A stretch of DNA of 64,000 nucleotides from a virus. The notes beneath the pieces are model-generated. The model made no database searches and had not been told where the DNA came from. It saw only the letters and a list, made by a program, of their open reading frames with translations. How positions within the stretch are numbered: position 1 is the first letter of the stretch; each line of letters starts with the position of its first letter. Shown in pieces: positions 38,261 to 47,691 of the stretch. Location: IMG/VR virus record IMGVR_UViG_3300020281_000010. The stretch is one strand, 5' to 3'. Made by a program: the position numbers and the translations under genes.

Positions 38261-38698
38261 ATGGCAGAAGATCCAAAGAAAAAACAACCAGAGAAACCAA
38301 AAGGTTTTTTTGGTCGCCTAAAGGAGGCATCAGAAGATAAGGAAGAACAACTCGCGATCCTATCTACGTTCGTGAGACTTGGTATTCTTGTCTGGTCTGG
38401 TGGTATCCTGACTTTAGCGTACGTTGATCTGCCGAAGGCACTCAACTTTCCCGAACAGGATCTCGATCCAACCTTCATAGCCAGCGTGTTTACTGGGGTT
38501 TTAGCGACGTTCGGGGTTCAAACCGCCAAAAAGAACAATGGCGGTGGTAATGCTGCAGGTGGTGGCAGTATCACAAAGGCAGATATGGAAAGACTAATTC
38601 AGGCAGCGTCACAGACTGCTCCTGCACAGATCATCCGTGTCGAACAAGCACCTTTGAAAATCACTACCGAAACTGACCCTAAAAAGTATGAGATGTAA
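38261..38698 (+). CDS. Two-TM membrane protein
   Basis: RLGILVWSGGILTLAY and DPTFIASVFTGVLATFGV helices. Confidence 0.75.
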   Translation: MAEDPKKKQPEKPKGFFGRLKEASEDKEEQLAILSTFVRLGILVWSGGILTLAYVDLPKALNFPEQDLDPTFIASVFTGVLATFGVQTAKKNNGGGNAAGGGSITKADMERLIQAASQTAPAQIIRVEQAPLKITTETDPKKYEM

Positions 38699-38700
38699 TT

Positions 38701-38955
38701 ATGTTCCAAAAAGTAATTAACACATTTGTTGTGTTCAACTTTATTTTTGCAGGTACTATCACTGGTGCAAGTGTTTACACTTGGGTGAATAGAGAAGCAC
38801 TTGCAGAAAAATCAAGAGAAAGACTTGCAGGTTTTGTTGCAGAGGCAGTTGGTAGTATGGTCCCTGGTCTTGTGGATTCTAAAATGCCAGACGTTTCTGG
38901 TCCTGCTATTCCTCCTGTTAGTCTACCCGTTCCTTCTAGTCCTCTAGGAAAATGA
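38701..38955 (+). CDS. Membrane-anchored hypothetical protein
   Basis: N-terminal TM segment; Pro-rich tail. Confidence 0.7.
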   Translation: MFQKVINTFVVFNFIFAGTITGASVYTWVNREALAEKSRERLAGFVAEAVGSMVPGLVDSKMPDVSGPAIPPVSLPVPSSPLGK

Positions 38956-39491
38956 AATGGTTTTATGCTAGTGCAGGTGTAATCCTAGGTATTTCACATC
39001 TAGGAATGATCGGTATCATAGCAAACAAATCAACTCTTCCAACTCTTAACCCACCTGTAGGTCCATATAGTTCCTACAGTGCTGAGGTTGGGAAGGATGG
39101 TTATCGCATTACCTACAAAGGAAATGATCCAAAGGTTATGGCAGAGAATCAGTTCATTGACAAGACCAATGGATTCTTTGGTATCGGTGGTAAGTCTGTA
39201 GTCAGAAAAGAAAACCAGTACACAATGGATGGTGCACGTCATCTAGGAGGTGGTGGTCTGGGAAAGTTGTCTGCCAAAAAGATCGAGTGTATCAAGGCGG
39301 CAGGTGGTGGAGAACAGACAGGTGCAGTGATCGGCGCTAGTATCGGAACTGCTGCTGCTCCCGCTGTGGCAGGTGTCCCATTCGTGGGTCCAGTCTTAGC
39401 AGGTGGTATTGCTCTCTTTGCAGGTGACCAAGGTAAACAGATTGGTGGAGAAATTGCACAACAACTAGCAGACTGCGAAGGGGTTGAATGA
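38952..39491 (+). CDS. Membrane protein with glycine zipper
   Basis: N-terminal hydrophobic anchor; GAVIGASIGTAAAPAVAGVPFVGPVLAGGIAL. Confidence 0.7.
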   Translation: MKWFYASAGVILGISHLGMIGIIANKSTLPTLNPPVGPYSSYSAEVGKDGYRITYKGNDPKVMAENQFIDKTNGFFGIGGKSVVRKENQYTMDGARHLGGGGLGKLSAKKIECIKAAGGGEQTGAVIGASIGTAAAPAVAGVPFVGPVLAGGIALFAGDQGKQIGGEIAQQLADCEGVE

Positions 39492-39748
39492 TCGGTCCCT
39501 TCCTCAAAAAGTTAATTAAGTATTACCTTGAGAAACTTTTGATGTGGTTGAGAATGCTAAAATTTAATTATGAACTTGACTCAGAGATCGACGAGTATCA
39601 TAAAGCACTAGATAAAAGAGATAAAGAACGTAACTTACCCAAAGTAATTGAGGAAGGAGTCTTCGGTGAAGATGGGTGGTCTATTTCAATAGGTTCAGAT
39701 TATGACAGAGATTCCAGAGATCGGGGTGAGGAACCTACAGATACCTGA
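39488..39748 (+). CDS. Hypothetical protein
   Basis: ORF track; ATGA coupling. Confidence 0.6.
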   Translation: MIGPFLKKLIKYYLEKLLMWLRMLKFNYELDSEIDEYHKALDKRDKERNLPKVIEEGVFGEDGWSISIGSDYDRDSRDRGEEPTDT

Positions 39749-40472
39749 CATCCAGAGTTACGACTGGATCAATAGTATCCCTGCAGCAATTCCTATCTAC
39801 CCACCTGTTACTACACAGGTTGGTGTACCTATTATCAACATCCCAGGATGTGTAGAGGCACACGAACTGGATGAAGGTAAGAATGAAAATTTAACAAAGG
39901 ACGATCCTAAAGGAGCGAAGGTTTATTGTGATGCACAGACTCCTTCGTTTACTCCTATTGACTATGCTCCTGAAGGGTTGACATTCTCTGGACCACCAGT
40001 AGAACCACCTAAGTTTGAGAACCAACAACCAGACTTAAAGGTTCCCGAAACAAAAATCCCTAAGACAGAGACTCCTAAATGTCCTACTAGGGCACAAGAA
40101 TTAAAAAACCCCATAGGAAAAATCCTAGAGGGTAATAAAAAGATTGTTGCTTACGAACTCGTAGGCAAAGAATGTATTGAAGTAACAGAGAAACTTAATC
40201 TTCAACAACAGATTGTAGAAAACATCCCTTCAGCAGGGTTGGTAGTTACTACAGGATCTATCGCCGCAGTTGCTGCCACCTCTGCACTGCTCGCAAAACC
40301 GCTTGCTGATCTTCTTTTGAGAGTGGTGAAACCTGCTGTGAAGAAGACTGTTCAGAAGATTGGGATTGCTCTTGGGAAGGTTCCAAAACTTCAGTCTCTA
40401 CGGGACCGCCAAGATCATCAGCGGATGAGGACTCGGGCACTGAGAGAACTTCGGAGGATGAAGAAGAGGTAG
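39702..40472 (+). CDS. Pro-rich membrane-associated hypothetical protein
   Basis: IINIPGCVEAH, YCDAQTPSF; hydrophobic helix TTGSIAAVAATSALLA. Confidence 0.7.
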   Translation: MTEIPEIGVRNLQIPDIQSYDWINSIPAAIPIYPPVTTQVGVPIINIPGCVEAHELDEGKNENLTKDDPKGAKVYCDAQTPSFTPIDYAPEGLTFSGPPVEPPKFENQQPDLKVPETKIPKTETPKCPTRAQELKNPIGKILEGNKKIVAYELVGKECIEVTEKLNLQQQIVENIPSAGLVVTTGSIAAVAATSALLAKPLADLLLRVVKPAVKKTVQKIGIALGKVPKLQSLRDRQDHQRMRTRALRELRRMKKR

Positions 40473-41277
40473 GTAATTTCGGGAAAGTGTGGTTATGTTG
40501 TGGTATATGATTCACATTCATAACCAATACATCGGAGCATACAGCATAATATTTTGACCCAGGTTTGAACATAATTCCTGCCTTCATCAATTCACCACAA
40601 TTCTTGAGTCTCGCGATCTCAAAATCTAATCGCTTGTTAGCAATTAGTTGTCTCTGCATATCATTCTGTGTATTCGCTGCTCTCTTACAATCCTCTTGTG
40701 CTTTCTTATCAAGTGGAATAGACCACGTAGCACTTACACCAAGAGATAGGTTATATGTATCCTTCTGTCCTGTTCTTACAGGAACTTGATATAACACTGA
40801 ACCAGGATTGTCTGGTGCTCCATCATCATTTAGATCTCGCATATCATATACATTATCCCACCATTCATCTTCCCAAGGTTTCTGTCCAGATGCACTACCA
40901 GTGACAAATGGTGTGATGTTAAGTGTACTACCTTGACACTGAATACCATTACCATAAGTGTTGGTAATATATGGTCCTTGTAAAACCTGAATTGCCTGAT
41001 TGGTCACTGAGCCACTGCTATTTGCGATGGGCGCTGCAGTAGCAGATACACCACCAACAGTCTCTGCACGCAGTGGTGTTGACAATAAAGATAGAGCAAC
41101 TGCTCCTACTGTTGGAAGATAGAAGTTGTGTCGGTTACGCTTGTAACCTCGGTTACCCTTTGAATAATAGTTTGGTTTTGCAAACCAGGACCTGAATAGG
41201 TCTCTGTAAACTGGAATGCCTGTCCTACATTGTTCTGAGTCCAGTTTGGTTTTTGATTTACATTTAGTCCTGTCCAT
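40258..41277 (-). CDS. Probable secreted protein (start uncertain)
   Basis: Signal-like VGAVALSLLSTPLRA/E, then SATAAPIANSSGSVTNQAIQV; four Cys. Confidence 0.65.
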   Translation of the reverse strand: MDRTKCKSKTKLDSEQCRTGIPVYRDLFRSWFAKPNYYSKGNRGYKRNRHNFYLPTVGAVALSLLSTPLRAETVGGVSATAAPIANSSGSVTNQAIQVLQGPYITNTYGNGIQCQGSTLNITPFVTGSASGQKPWEDEWWDNVYDMRDLNDDGAPDNPGSVLYQVPVRTGQKDTYNLSLGVSATWSIPLDKKAQEDCKRAANTQNDMQRQLIANKRLDFEIARLKNCGELMKAGIMFKPGSKYYAVCSDVLVMNVNHIPQHNHTFPKLPTSSSSSEVLSVPESSSADDLGGPVETEVLEPSQEQSQSSEQSSSQQVSPLSKEDQQAVLRAVQRWQQLRR

Positions 41278-41540
41278 TTTGAAGTCACACCATCAATAGT
41301 TTGAGTTTCACTTGTAACACCTGGTGTCATAGATGCACCATCGTGTTTTACGTTTGTACCACTGACTGAGTAAACCCACCCTGTAGCATAATCCATCGAG
41401 TTGATTGTCTCAGTCACCTTAGAAGTAGTCTCAGTATGAGACGTCATCGAGCCTTGAGTAAAATTAGGCACCACAGGCACTGCTATCACTGGAGTTCCAG
41501 CGAATGTAAACAGTGCCAAGATGACTAGTTTTAGTCTCAT
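41106..41540 (-). CDS. Secreted Thr-rich protein
   Basis: Sec signal MRLKLVILALFTFAGTPVIA; VPVVPNFTQGSMTS. Confidence 0.75.
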   Translation of the reverse strand: MRLKLVILALFTFAGTPVIAVPVVPNFTQGSMTSHTETTSKVTETINSMDYATGWVYSVSGTNVKHDGASMTPGVTSETQTIDGVTSKWTGLNVNQKPNWTQNNVGQAFQFTETYSGPGLQNQTIIQRVTEVTSVTDTTSIFQQ

Positions 41541-41545
41541 CAGTC

Positions 41546-42049
41546 TTACTGTCCGATAGTAATCTCGGAGACGAACTGACCTACAGCACTAGTACCCGCT
41601 CCGCCTGCGGTTAGTGCCATCGTTCCTGAGGTATCGATTGTACCTGCTAATGTGTCTTTTGTACCTGCAGCAGTTGAGGTCACATTGGAGTAGTTAGGCA
41701 CAGCACCTGCAGAAACTGCACTACTTTCTAATGCGTCCCCTTGATAGAATGACTGAGTAAAGCTGAAACTTTCCCCTGCAGTTGCTTGGGTCGCTGACAA
41801 CGTAGGGATCGCTCCAACGCCTGAACTGATGGTAAGAGAACCAATAGATGACGTAGCAGATCCACCACTAGGTGTGTATTGTGTAGTCACATTATTACCA
41901 CTTACACTGTAAGTAGTACCGACACGCTGTACATTTGTTGCTGCCGCGTCCACAGTAAGTTGTACTGAAGAAGATAATTTATGTGTAACATCGGCATATG
42001 CAGGTGCCGTCATCAAACTCATAACAAAAAGCATCGCTGCTCTTTTCAT
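41546..42049 (-). CDS. Secreted Ser/Thr/Gly-rich protein
   Basis: Sec signal ending APAYA/D; beta-strand-like composition. Confidence 0.75.
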   Translation of the reverse strand: MKRAAMLFVMSLMTAPAYADVTHKLSSSVQLTVDAAATNVQRVGTTYSVSGNNVTTQYTPSGGSATSSIGSLTISSGVGAIPTLSATQATAGESFSFTQSFYQGDALESSAVSAGAVPNYSNVTSTAAGTKDTLAGTIDTSGTMALTAGGAGTSAVGQFVSEITIGQ

Positions 42050-42080
42050 TTTGCTCTAAAATACGAGGTCTATGTAAGCC

Positions 42081-42087
42081 TATTTAG
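42081..42087 (-). promoter_or_regulatory. Late promoter (CTAAATA) for the minus-strand trio
   Basis: tatttag on the plus strand, about 32 nt upstream of the 42049 ATG. Confidence 0.55.
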
Positions 42088-42147
42088 CGTCGTATAAACT
42101 GTACATATGATACCGTTTTAACCGAACCCCAAATCCATTGCTATCAT

Positions 42148-42155
42148 TATAAATA
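42148..42155 (+). promoter_or_regulatory. Late promoter TATAAATA (hsp20)
   Basis: Perfect consensus. Confidence 0.75.
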
Positions 42156-42210
42156 TTGATGTCGCCTTCGGGGACAACACATAAACTCTCGCTTTTAAGG
42201 AGCAGTACAA

Positions 42211-42651
42211 ATGAACCATTTCACATCAAGTGATCTAGATAAAATCCTACAGGCATCTAGGTCATACTCAGTCGGACTCGACAACATCTTCAACAGACTA
42301 GAGGCACGAGCACTAGCGGATCACGAGAAAACATCCTATCCTCCATACAATCTGATCAAAGAATCAGAAACTAAATGGAAGATCGAAGTAGCACTAGCAG
42401 GATTCAAGAAGGAAGAGTTCGAGGTCGCAACAGAAACTAACGTCCTATCAATCAGGACAGTCAAAGAGAAGAACGATGACCACAGAGGATACCTACACAA
42501 AGGTGTAGCGAAACGTACCTTTGCTAGGACATTCACACTCTCAGATGACGTAGAGGTTGGCAGTGTTAATTACCAAGATGGTCTTTTGACCATAGAACTT
42601 AACAAAATCGTACCTGACAGTCACAAGAGAAAGGTATATAATATTGAGTAG
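42211..42651 (+). CDS. hsp20: Small heat shock protein
   Basis: YPPYNL, IEVALAGF, YLHKGVAKRTFARTFTL, DGLLTIEL. Confidence 0.95.
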   Translation: MNHFTSSDLDKILQASRSYSVGLDNIFNRLEARALADHEKTSYPPYNLIKESETKWKIEVALAGFKKEEFEVATETNVLSIRTVKEKNDDHRGYLHKGVAKRTFARTFTLSDDVEVGSVNYQDGLLTIELNKIVPDSHKRKVYNIE

Positions 42652-42663
42652 TCGCTATGACGA

Positions 42664-42840
42664 ATGAAAAAATTGCTATCGAACCCAGTAGTACACCTGA
42701 TTCTAATCTTCGGTGGAACATTGGCACTTATTGAGTTTGTTCATACAAAAGCACATTTTCATTACGAAGTTGATGTTCACGGTTACGTGAAACAATACTG
42801 TGCTAAGAATGACTGCTCACAATTTGTTGATGACTGGTAG
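42664..42840 (+). CDS. 58-aa membrane-anchored peptide (not in ORF track)
   Basis: MKKLLSNPVVHLILIFGGTLALIEFVHTKAHFHYEVDVHGYVKQYC... Confidence 0.55.
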   Translation: MKKLLSNPVVHLILIFGGTLALIEFVHTKAHFHYEVDVHGYVKQYCAKNDCSQFVDDW

Positions 42841-42859
42841 CATATATAATGTACAACTG

Positions 42860-42885
42860 AAGAGACCCTCGGGTCTCTTTTTTTT
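42860..42885 (+). terminator. Rho-independent terminator
   Basis: AAGAGACC-CUCG-GGUCUCUU hairpin plus U-tract. Confidence 0.85.
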
Positions 42886-42899
42886 ATGGAGTTTTTTTA

Positions 42900-43139
42900 A
42901 TGAATCACTATGTGAACTGTGCTCCAAGGGGGAGCACTGACTATGAATCGATCACACTAGATGTCGCTTCCCAAAATGTCGATGAGGTGCTACAATACGC
43001 TAGGACCCTTGCCGATGAACATAACGTGAGTGCAAGAAGAGCATTCGCAGACATCGTTCGTGGTGTTTACAATAACCTAACAGAAAATTATGACCGTAAA
43101 AATCGTAAGAATGATCAACGGAGAAGACGTAATCGCTGA
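42900..43139 (+). CDS. Hypothetical protein
   Basis: ORF track; follows the terminator. Confidence 0.55.
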   Translation: MNHYVNCAPRGSTDYESITLDVASQNVDEVLQYARTLADEHNVSARRAFADIVRGVYNNLTENYDRKNRKNDQRRRRNR

Positions 43140-43440
43140 TGTGCAAGAAGCGTATCCTGAGAAAGATTCTTACTCTCCTATTGGATATTTTATGAAGGAT
43201 CCCTATCAGGTAAACCTGCACGCTGCAGCAGAAATGCTATTCGAAGGGACACAGGAGACACCACAAAAGATCAACGATCTAAACTTGGAACTATTCCCTT
43301 GGATCCCATTGTCTTCGAATAATGCTACACTAGTAGTATTGAGCAACGTCGCTACAATCTACAATCCACACCCTGAGGTGGAATCAAAATGGAAAACTTG
43401 TATCAAAGGTAATGACACCACTAAAGATAATCCTTCTTAA
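43090..43440 (+). CDS. Hypothetical protein (possible Sm-like fold)
   Basis: VKIVRMINGEDVIADV...PWIPLS. Confidence 0.65.
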   Translation: MTVKIVRMINGEDVIADVQEAYPEKDSYSPIGYFMKDPYQVNLHAAAEMLFEGTQETPQKINDLNLELFPWIPLSSNNATLVVLSNVATIYNPHPEVESKWKTCIKGNDTTKDNPS

Positions 43441-43648
43441 GGATCATACGCACCTAATGGGTGCAGTCACAGAACTAGATGAGGAACCCTCTTACCTTAT
43501 CTCTGACTGTATGAAAATCGAAGAAGGAGAATACAAGAGGTATCCCTTCTACACGAACCAACGTGACATCTTCTTGACTTCTGACGTGGTTTTGACTATA
43601 GTTGAACCGTCTGAAGAGACCGTAACCAACTACAAGAAGGCACTTTGA
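43412..43648 (+). CDS. Hypothetical protein
   Basis: ORF track; directly upstream of gp43. Confidence 0.6.
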   Translation: MTPLKIILLKDHTHLMGAVTELDEEPSYLISDCMKIEEGEYKRYPFYTNQRDIFLTSDVVLTIVEPSEETVTNYKKAL

Positions 43649-46125
43649 GTTCAGTCTATACAAACGTAACACTGCTAGGTGATGCTATCCTCTGTCGTGG
43701 ATATGAGGATGGTGTCCCTATTTCCTATAAGGAGATCATCAAACCTACACTCTATGTTCCATCACCGAAAGGTAAGTGGAAGACTCTTGATGGCGAGAAG
43801 ATGGCACCTGTCAAACAAGACGGTGCTAAACGTGCTCGTGAGTTCATCGAGAAGTACAAAGGTGTTGAAGGGTTTGAGGTGCACGGTTACGAGAGATTTG
43901 TATATCAATGGATCTCAGAGAAATACCCTCACGATATGAGGGCAAACCTAGAACAGATGAAGATCTATACGATTGACATCGAGGTTGCCTGTGAGAACGG
44001 TTTCCCTGACACTGAAGCGTGTCAAGAAGAGATGCTGCTGATCACTATTAAAGATCTTAGTAGTGGCAAGTACATCACTTGGGGTACACGTGAGGCAAAG
44101 ATTGACACAGAGTATCGTGTCTTCTTTACTGAACAGGAGATGTTGTCTAACTTCCACACTTGGTGGGTAGAGAACACTCCAGATGTGGTGACTGGTTGGA
44201 ACTGTAATCTGTACGACATCCCCTATATCTGTCGTCGTATTGAACGTGTGCTAGGTGAGAAGTGGCAGAAATCACTATCACCTTGGAACAAGGTCAATAT
44301 GCGTGAGGTATTCATCAAGGGACGTAAGAATCTTTCTTACAATATCCTTGGAGTTAGCATTCTGGATTACCTTGATCTATACCGTAAGTTTACATATACC
44401 AATCAGGAATCATATCGTCTTGACCACATTGCGTTTGTCGAACTAGATGAACGTAAGTTAGATCATAGCGAGTTTGAAAACTTCAAAGCGTTCTATACTG
44501 AGGACTGGCAGAAGTTTGTTGAATACAACATCCACGACGTTGAACTAGTAGATCGTCTTGAGCACAAGATGAAACTACTAGAACTCGCTGTGGTTATGGC
44601 ATACGATGCCAAGGTAAACTTCGAGGATGTTTACTCTCAGGTTCGTATGTGGGATACACTCATCTACAACTATCTGAAGGAGCGTAAAATCTGTGTCCCT
44701 CCAAGACAAGAGAGCAACAAGAACGATAAGTACGCAGGAGCATACGTCAAAGAACCTGTACCAGGTCTATACGATTGGGTGGTTTCGTTTGACCTTAACT
44801 CTCTGTATCCTCATCTCATTATGCAGTATAATATTTCGCCTGAGACCCTCCTCGACAAGCGTCACCCCACCGCCTCTGTTGATGGATTGCTCAATCAAGA
44901 AGTATCCATCGGGAGTGGAGATTACTGTGTGTGTGCCAACGGAGCACAATACAGGAAAGACATCCAAGGATTCCTCCCTGAGATGATGCAAAAGATCTAC
45001 GATGAACGTGTGATCTATAAGAAGAAGATGATCAAGGCGAAGAAAGAATTTGAGAAGACTGGTAACAAAAAGTTACAAGATGATATTTCTGCCTTCAATA
45101 ATATACAGATGGCGCGAAAGATCCAGTTGAACTCTGCATATGGTGCCATCGGTAACCAATACTTTAGGTATTATAACCTAGCGAATGCTGAAGCAATCAC
45201 TCTTTCTGGGCAGGTTTCTATCCGTTGGATTGAAAACCGTATGAACGACTACCTAAATAACTTACTCAACACGGAAAAGGAGGATTATGTCATTGCATCT
45301 GACACTGACTCAATCTATCTTAACCTTGGACCTCTTGTTGATAAATTTTTTAATAGTAAGTCTGGCGATAAAGCAGCAGTTGTGGGGATACTTGACAAGA
45401 TCTGCCAAGAAAAGATTGAACCCTACATTGATAAGTCTTACGCGGACCTCGCGACGTATGTATCGGCGTATGACCAAAAAATGAAAATGAAGAGGGAGAC
45501 CATTGCCAACAAAGGTATATGGACTGCCAAGAAAAGATACATTCTCAATGCCTATGACATCGAAGGAGTCAGGTTTGCTGACCCTAAACTTAAGATGATG
45601 GGTATTGAGGCAGTTAAATCATCCACACCTGCTGCCTGCAGGACAGCAATTAAGGATGCTATGAAGGTGATTATGAATGGTACCGAAGAGGATACACAAG
45701 AATTCATTTCAAACTTCAGAGACAAGTTCGAGAAACTATCAGCAGAAGAGATTGCATTCCCACGTGGATGCAATGGTCTGTCAAAGTTCTCAAATCCTGC
45801 TACAATATACTCAAAGGGAACTCCTATCCACGTGAGAGGAGCACTCCTATACAATTTCTATATCAAGAAGAACAAACTATCTCACAAGTTTCCTCTGATT
45901 CAAGAGGGTGAGAAGGTCAAGTTCCTCTACTTGAAGACCCCAAACAAAATCCAAGAGAACGTTGTAAGTTTCTTTCAGACTCTGCCGAAAGAATTTGGTC
46001 TTGACAAGTCCATAGATTATGACCTACAATTCCAGAAGAGTTTCCTTGACCCACTACAGGTTATTATGGATACTATCAACTGGAAAGCAGAGAAGATTGC
46101 TAACCTAGACGAATTTTTCCTATGA
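43645..46125 (+). CDS. gp43: Family B DNA polymerase
   Basis: TIDIE (ExoI), [30 protein letters not shown]. Confidence 0.97.
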   Translation: MSSVYTNVTLLGDAILCRGYEDGVPISYKEIIKPTLYVPSPKGKWKTLDGEKMAPVKQDGAKRAREFIEKYKGVEGFEVHGYERFVYQWISEKYPHDMRANLEQMKIYTIDIEVACENGFPDTEACQEEMLLITIKDLSSGKYITWGTREAKIDTEYRVFFTEQEMLSNFHTWWVENTPDVVTGWNCNLYDIPYICRRIERVLGEKWQKSLSPWNKVNMREVFIKGRKNLSYNILGVSILDYLDLYRKFTYTNQESYRLDHIAFVELDERKLDHSEFENFKAFYTEDWQKFVEYNIHDVELVDRLEHKMKLLELAVVMAYDAKVNFEDVYSQVRMWDTLIYNYLKERKICVPPRQESNKNDKYAGAYVKEPVPGLYDWVVSFDLNSLYPHLIMQYNISPETLLDKRHPTASVDGLLNQEVSIGSGDYCVCANGAQYRKDIQGFLPEMMQKIYDERVIYKKKMIKAKKEFEKTGNKKLQDDISAFNNIQMARKIQLNSAYGAIGNQYFRYYNLANAEAITLSGQVSIRWIENRMNDYLNNLLNTEKEDYVIASDTDSIYLNLGPLVDKFFNSKSGDKAAVVGILDKICQEKIEPYIDKSYADLATYVSAYDQKMKMKRETIANKGIWTAKKRYILNAYDIEGVRFADPKLKMMGIEAVKSSTPAACRTAIKDAMKVIMNGTEEDTQEFISNFRDKFEKLSAEEIAFPRGCNGLSKFSNPATIYSKGTPIHVRGALLYNFYIKKNKLSHKFPLIQEGEKVKFLYLKTPNKIQENVVSFFQTLPKEFGLDKSIDYDLQFQKSFLDPLQVIMDTINWKAEKIANLDEFFL

Positions 46126-47144
46126 CTACATCCTTTCTAAAAGACATTATTAAAGACATCGGCAATGACTACGCTTCAGTTGTTAGCGACGGGGTTGCTG
46201 CAGGTGATGTGTCTTCTTTTGTTGACACTGGGTCTTATATTTTCAATGCCCTTGTTAGTGGTTCGATTTATGGAGGTTTGCCTTCAAACAAGATCACCGC
46301 TATTGCAGGAGAGAGCAGCACTGGGAAAACTTTTTTTACTCTTAGTGTCGTTCGCAGTTTCTTGGAGTCTAATCCTGACGGTATTGTACTATACTTTGAA
46401 TCTGAATCTGCTGTCTCCAAAGATATGCTAGAGAGCAGAGGCATCGATGCTAATCGTGTTGCTGTTGTACCTGTCACGACTGTGCAGGAGTTCAGAACAC
46501 AGGCACTCAAGACTCTGAAGAACTATTCTAAGATGGATGAGTCAGAGCGTAAACCTATGATGTTCTGTCTTGACTCACTTGGTATGCTTTCCACTAGTAA
46601 AGAAGTATCTGATAGTGAGGAAGGTAAAGAGACTAGAGATATGACACGTGCACAGGTTGTTAAAGCAATCTTCCGTGTGCTGACTCTGGAACTTGGTCGC
46701 TGTAATGTACCTCTGATCGTCACCAACCATACATATGATGTAGTAGGTGCGTATGTTCCAACCAAAGAAATGGGTGGAGGATCAGGTCTTAAGTATGCTG
46801 CAAGCACAATTATTTTCCTGAGTAAATCTAAGGAACGTGACTCCAAGAAGGAGATCGTTGGTAATATTATTAAGTGTACGACTGCAAAGTCACGCTTCAC
46901 AAAAGAAAATTCAAAAGTAGAAACGAGGTTATTCTATGACGCAAGGGGATTGGACAAATATTATGGACTATTGGAACTGGGTGAGAAGTATGGAGTCTTC
47001 GAACGGAGGGGGAATAGGGTTGTGGTTGGTGAATCTACCGCTTTTCCTTCTGTGGTTCTTGCCTCTCCTGAGAAATATTTCACAGAAGAAATAATGGCAA
47101 AACTTGAGGAGGCAGCGAAGCAGGAGTTCGCATATGGATCCTAA
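46122..47144 (+). CDS. uvsX: RecA-like recombinase
   Basis: [29 protein letters not shown]. Confidence 0.95.
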   Translation: MTTSFLKDIIKDIGNDYASVVSDGVAAGDVSSFVDTGSYIFNALVSGSIYGGLPSNKITAIAGESSTGKTFFTLSVVRSFLESNPDGIVLYFESESAVSKDMLESRGIDANRVAVVPVTTVQEFRTQALKTLKNYSKMDESERKPMMFCLDSLGMLSTSKEVSDSEEGKETRDMTRAQVVKAIFRVLTLELGRCNVPLIVTNHTYDVVGAYVPTKEMGGGSGLKYAASTIIFLSKSKERDSKKEIVGNIIKCTTAKSRFTKENSKVETRLFYDARGLDKYYGLLELGEKYGVFERRGNRVVVGESTAFPSVVLASPEKYFTEEIMAKLEEAAKQEFAYGS

Positions 47145-47691
47145 TAATTTTATTAAGGTCTATGATAATGCCTTACCCAAGGAAGTCTGTACTAATGCAA
47201 TCAGATTATTCGAGGAAGAAGAACTCGATGTCTGGGATAGAGACGGTCGTCCTACGTTTGCACAGTTCAACATCACTGAGTGCATAGAAAAAACTGAGAA
47301 CAAAGACTGGGATATTATCCAGTCAGAATTCATCAAGTCTGCACACGATTACATCCAAAAATATATGGATGACTGTGACTGCAGGCAATACTTTCCACAA
47401 AGGACATCACTTGAACAGTTTAGAATCAAGAGATACAAACCAGATACAGATGATCAATTCAAATGGCACGTTGATGTGGGTGACCACGAGTCTGCTAAGA
47501 GAATGCTCGTACTGTTCTGGTATCTAAATGATGTGGAAGAGGGTGGAGAAACTGAATTCAAACATATGAAAGTTACTCCTAAGTGTGGTAGACTATTGGT
47601 GTTCCCTCCCACGTGGACTTACCCTCACGCAGGATTACCTGCAATCTCTAACGCAAAATACATCGCGGGAACTTACATTCATTATGTCTAA
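47134..47691 (+). CDS. 2OG-Fe(II) oxygenase (prolyl-4-hydroxylase-like)
   Basis: WHVD (HxD), [24 protein letters not shown]. Confidence 0.85.
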   Translation: MDPNNFIKVYDNALPKEVCTNAIRLFEEEELDVWDRDGRPTFAQFNITECIEKTENKDWDIIQSEFIKSAHDYIQKYMDDCDCRQYFPQRTSLEQFRIKRYKPDTDDQFKWHVDVGDHESAKRMLVLFWYLNDVEEGGETEFKHMKVTPKCGRLLVFPPTWTYPHAGLPAISNAKYIAGTYIHYV

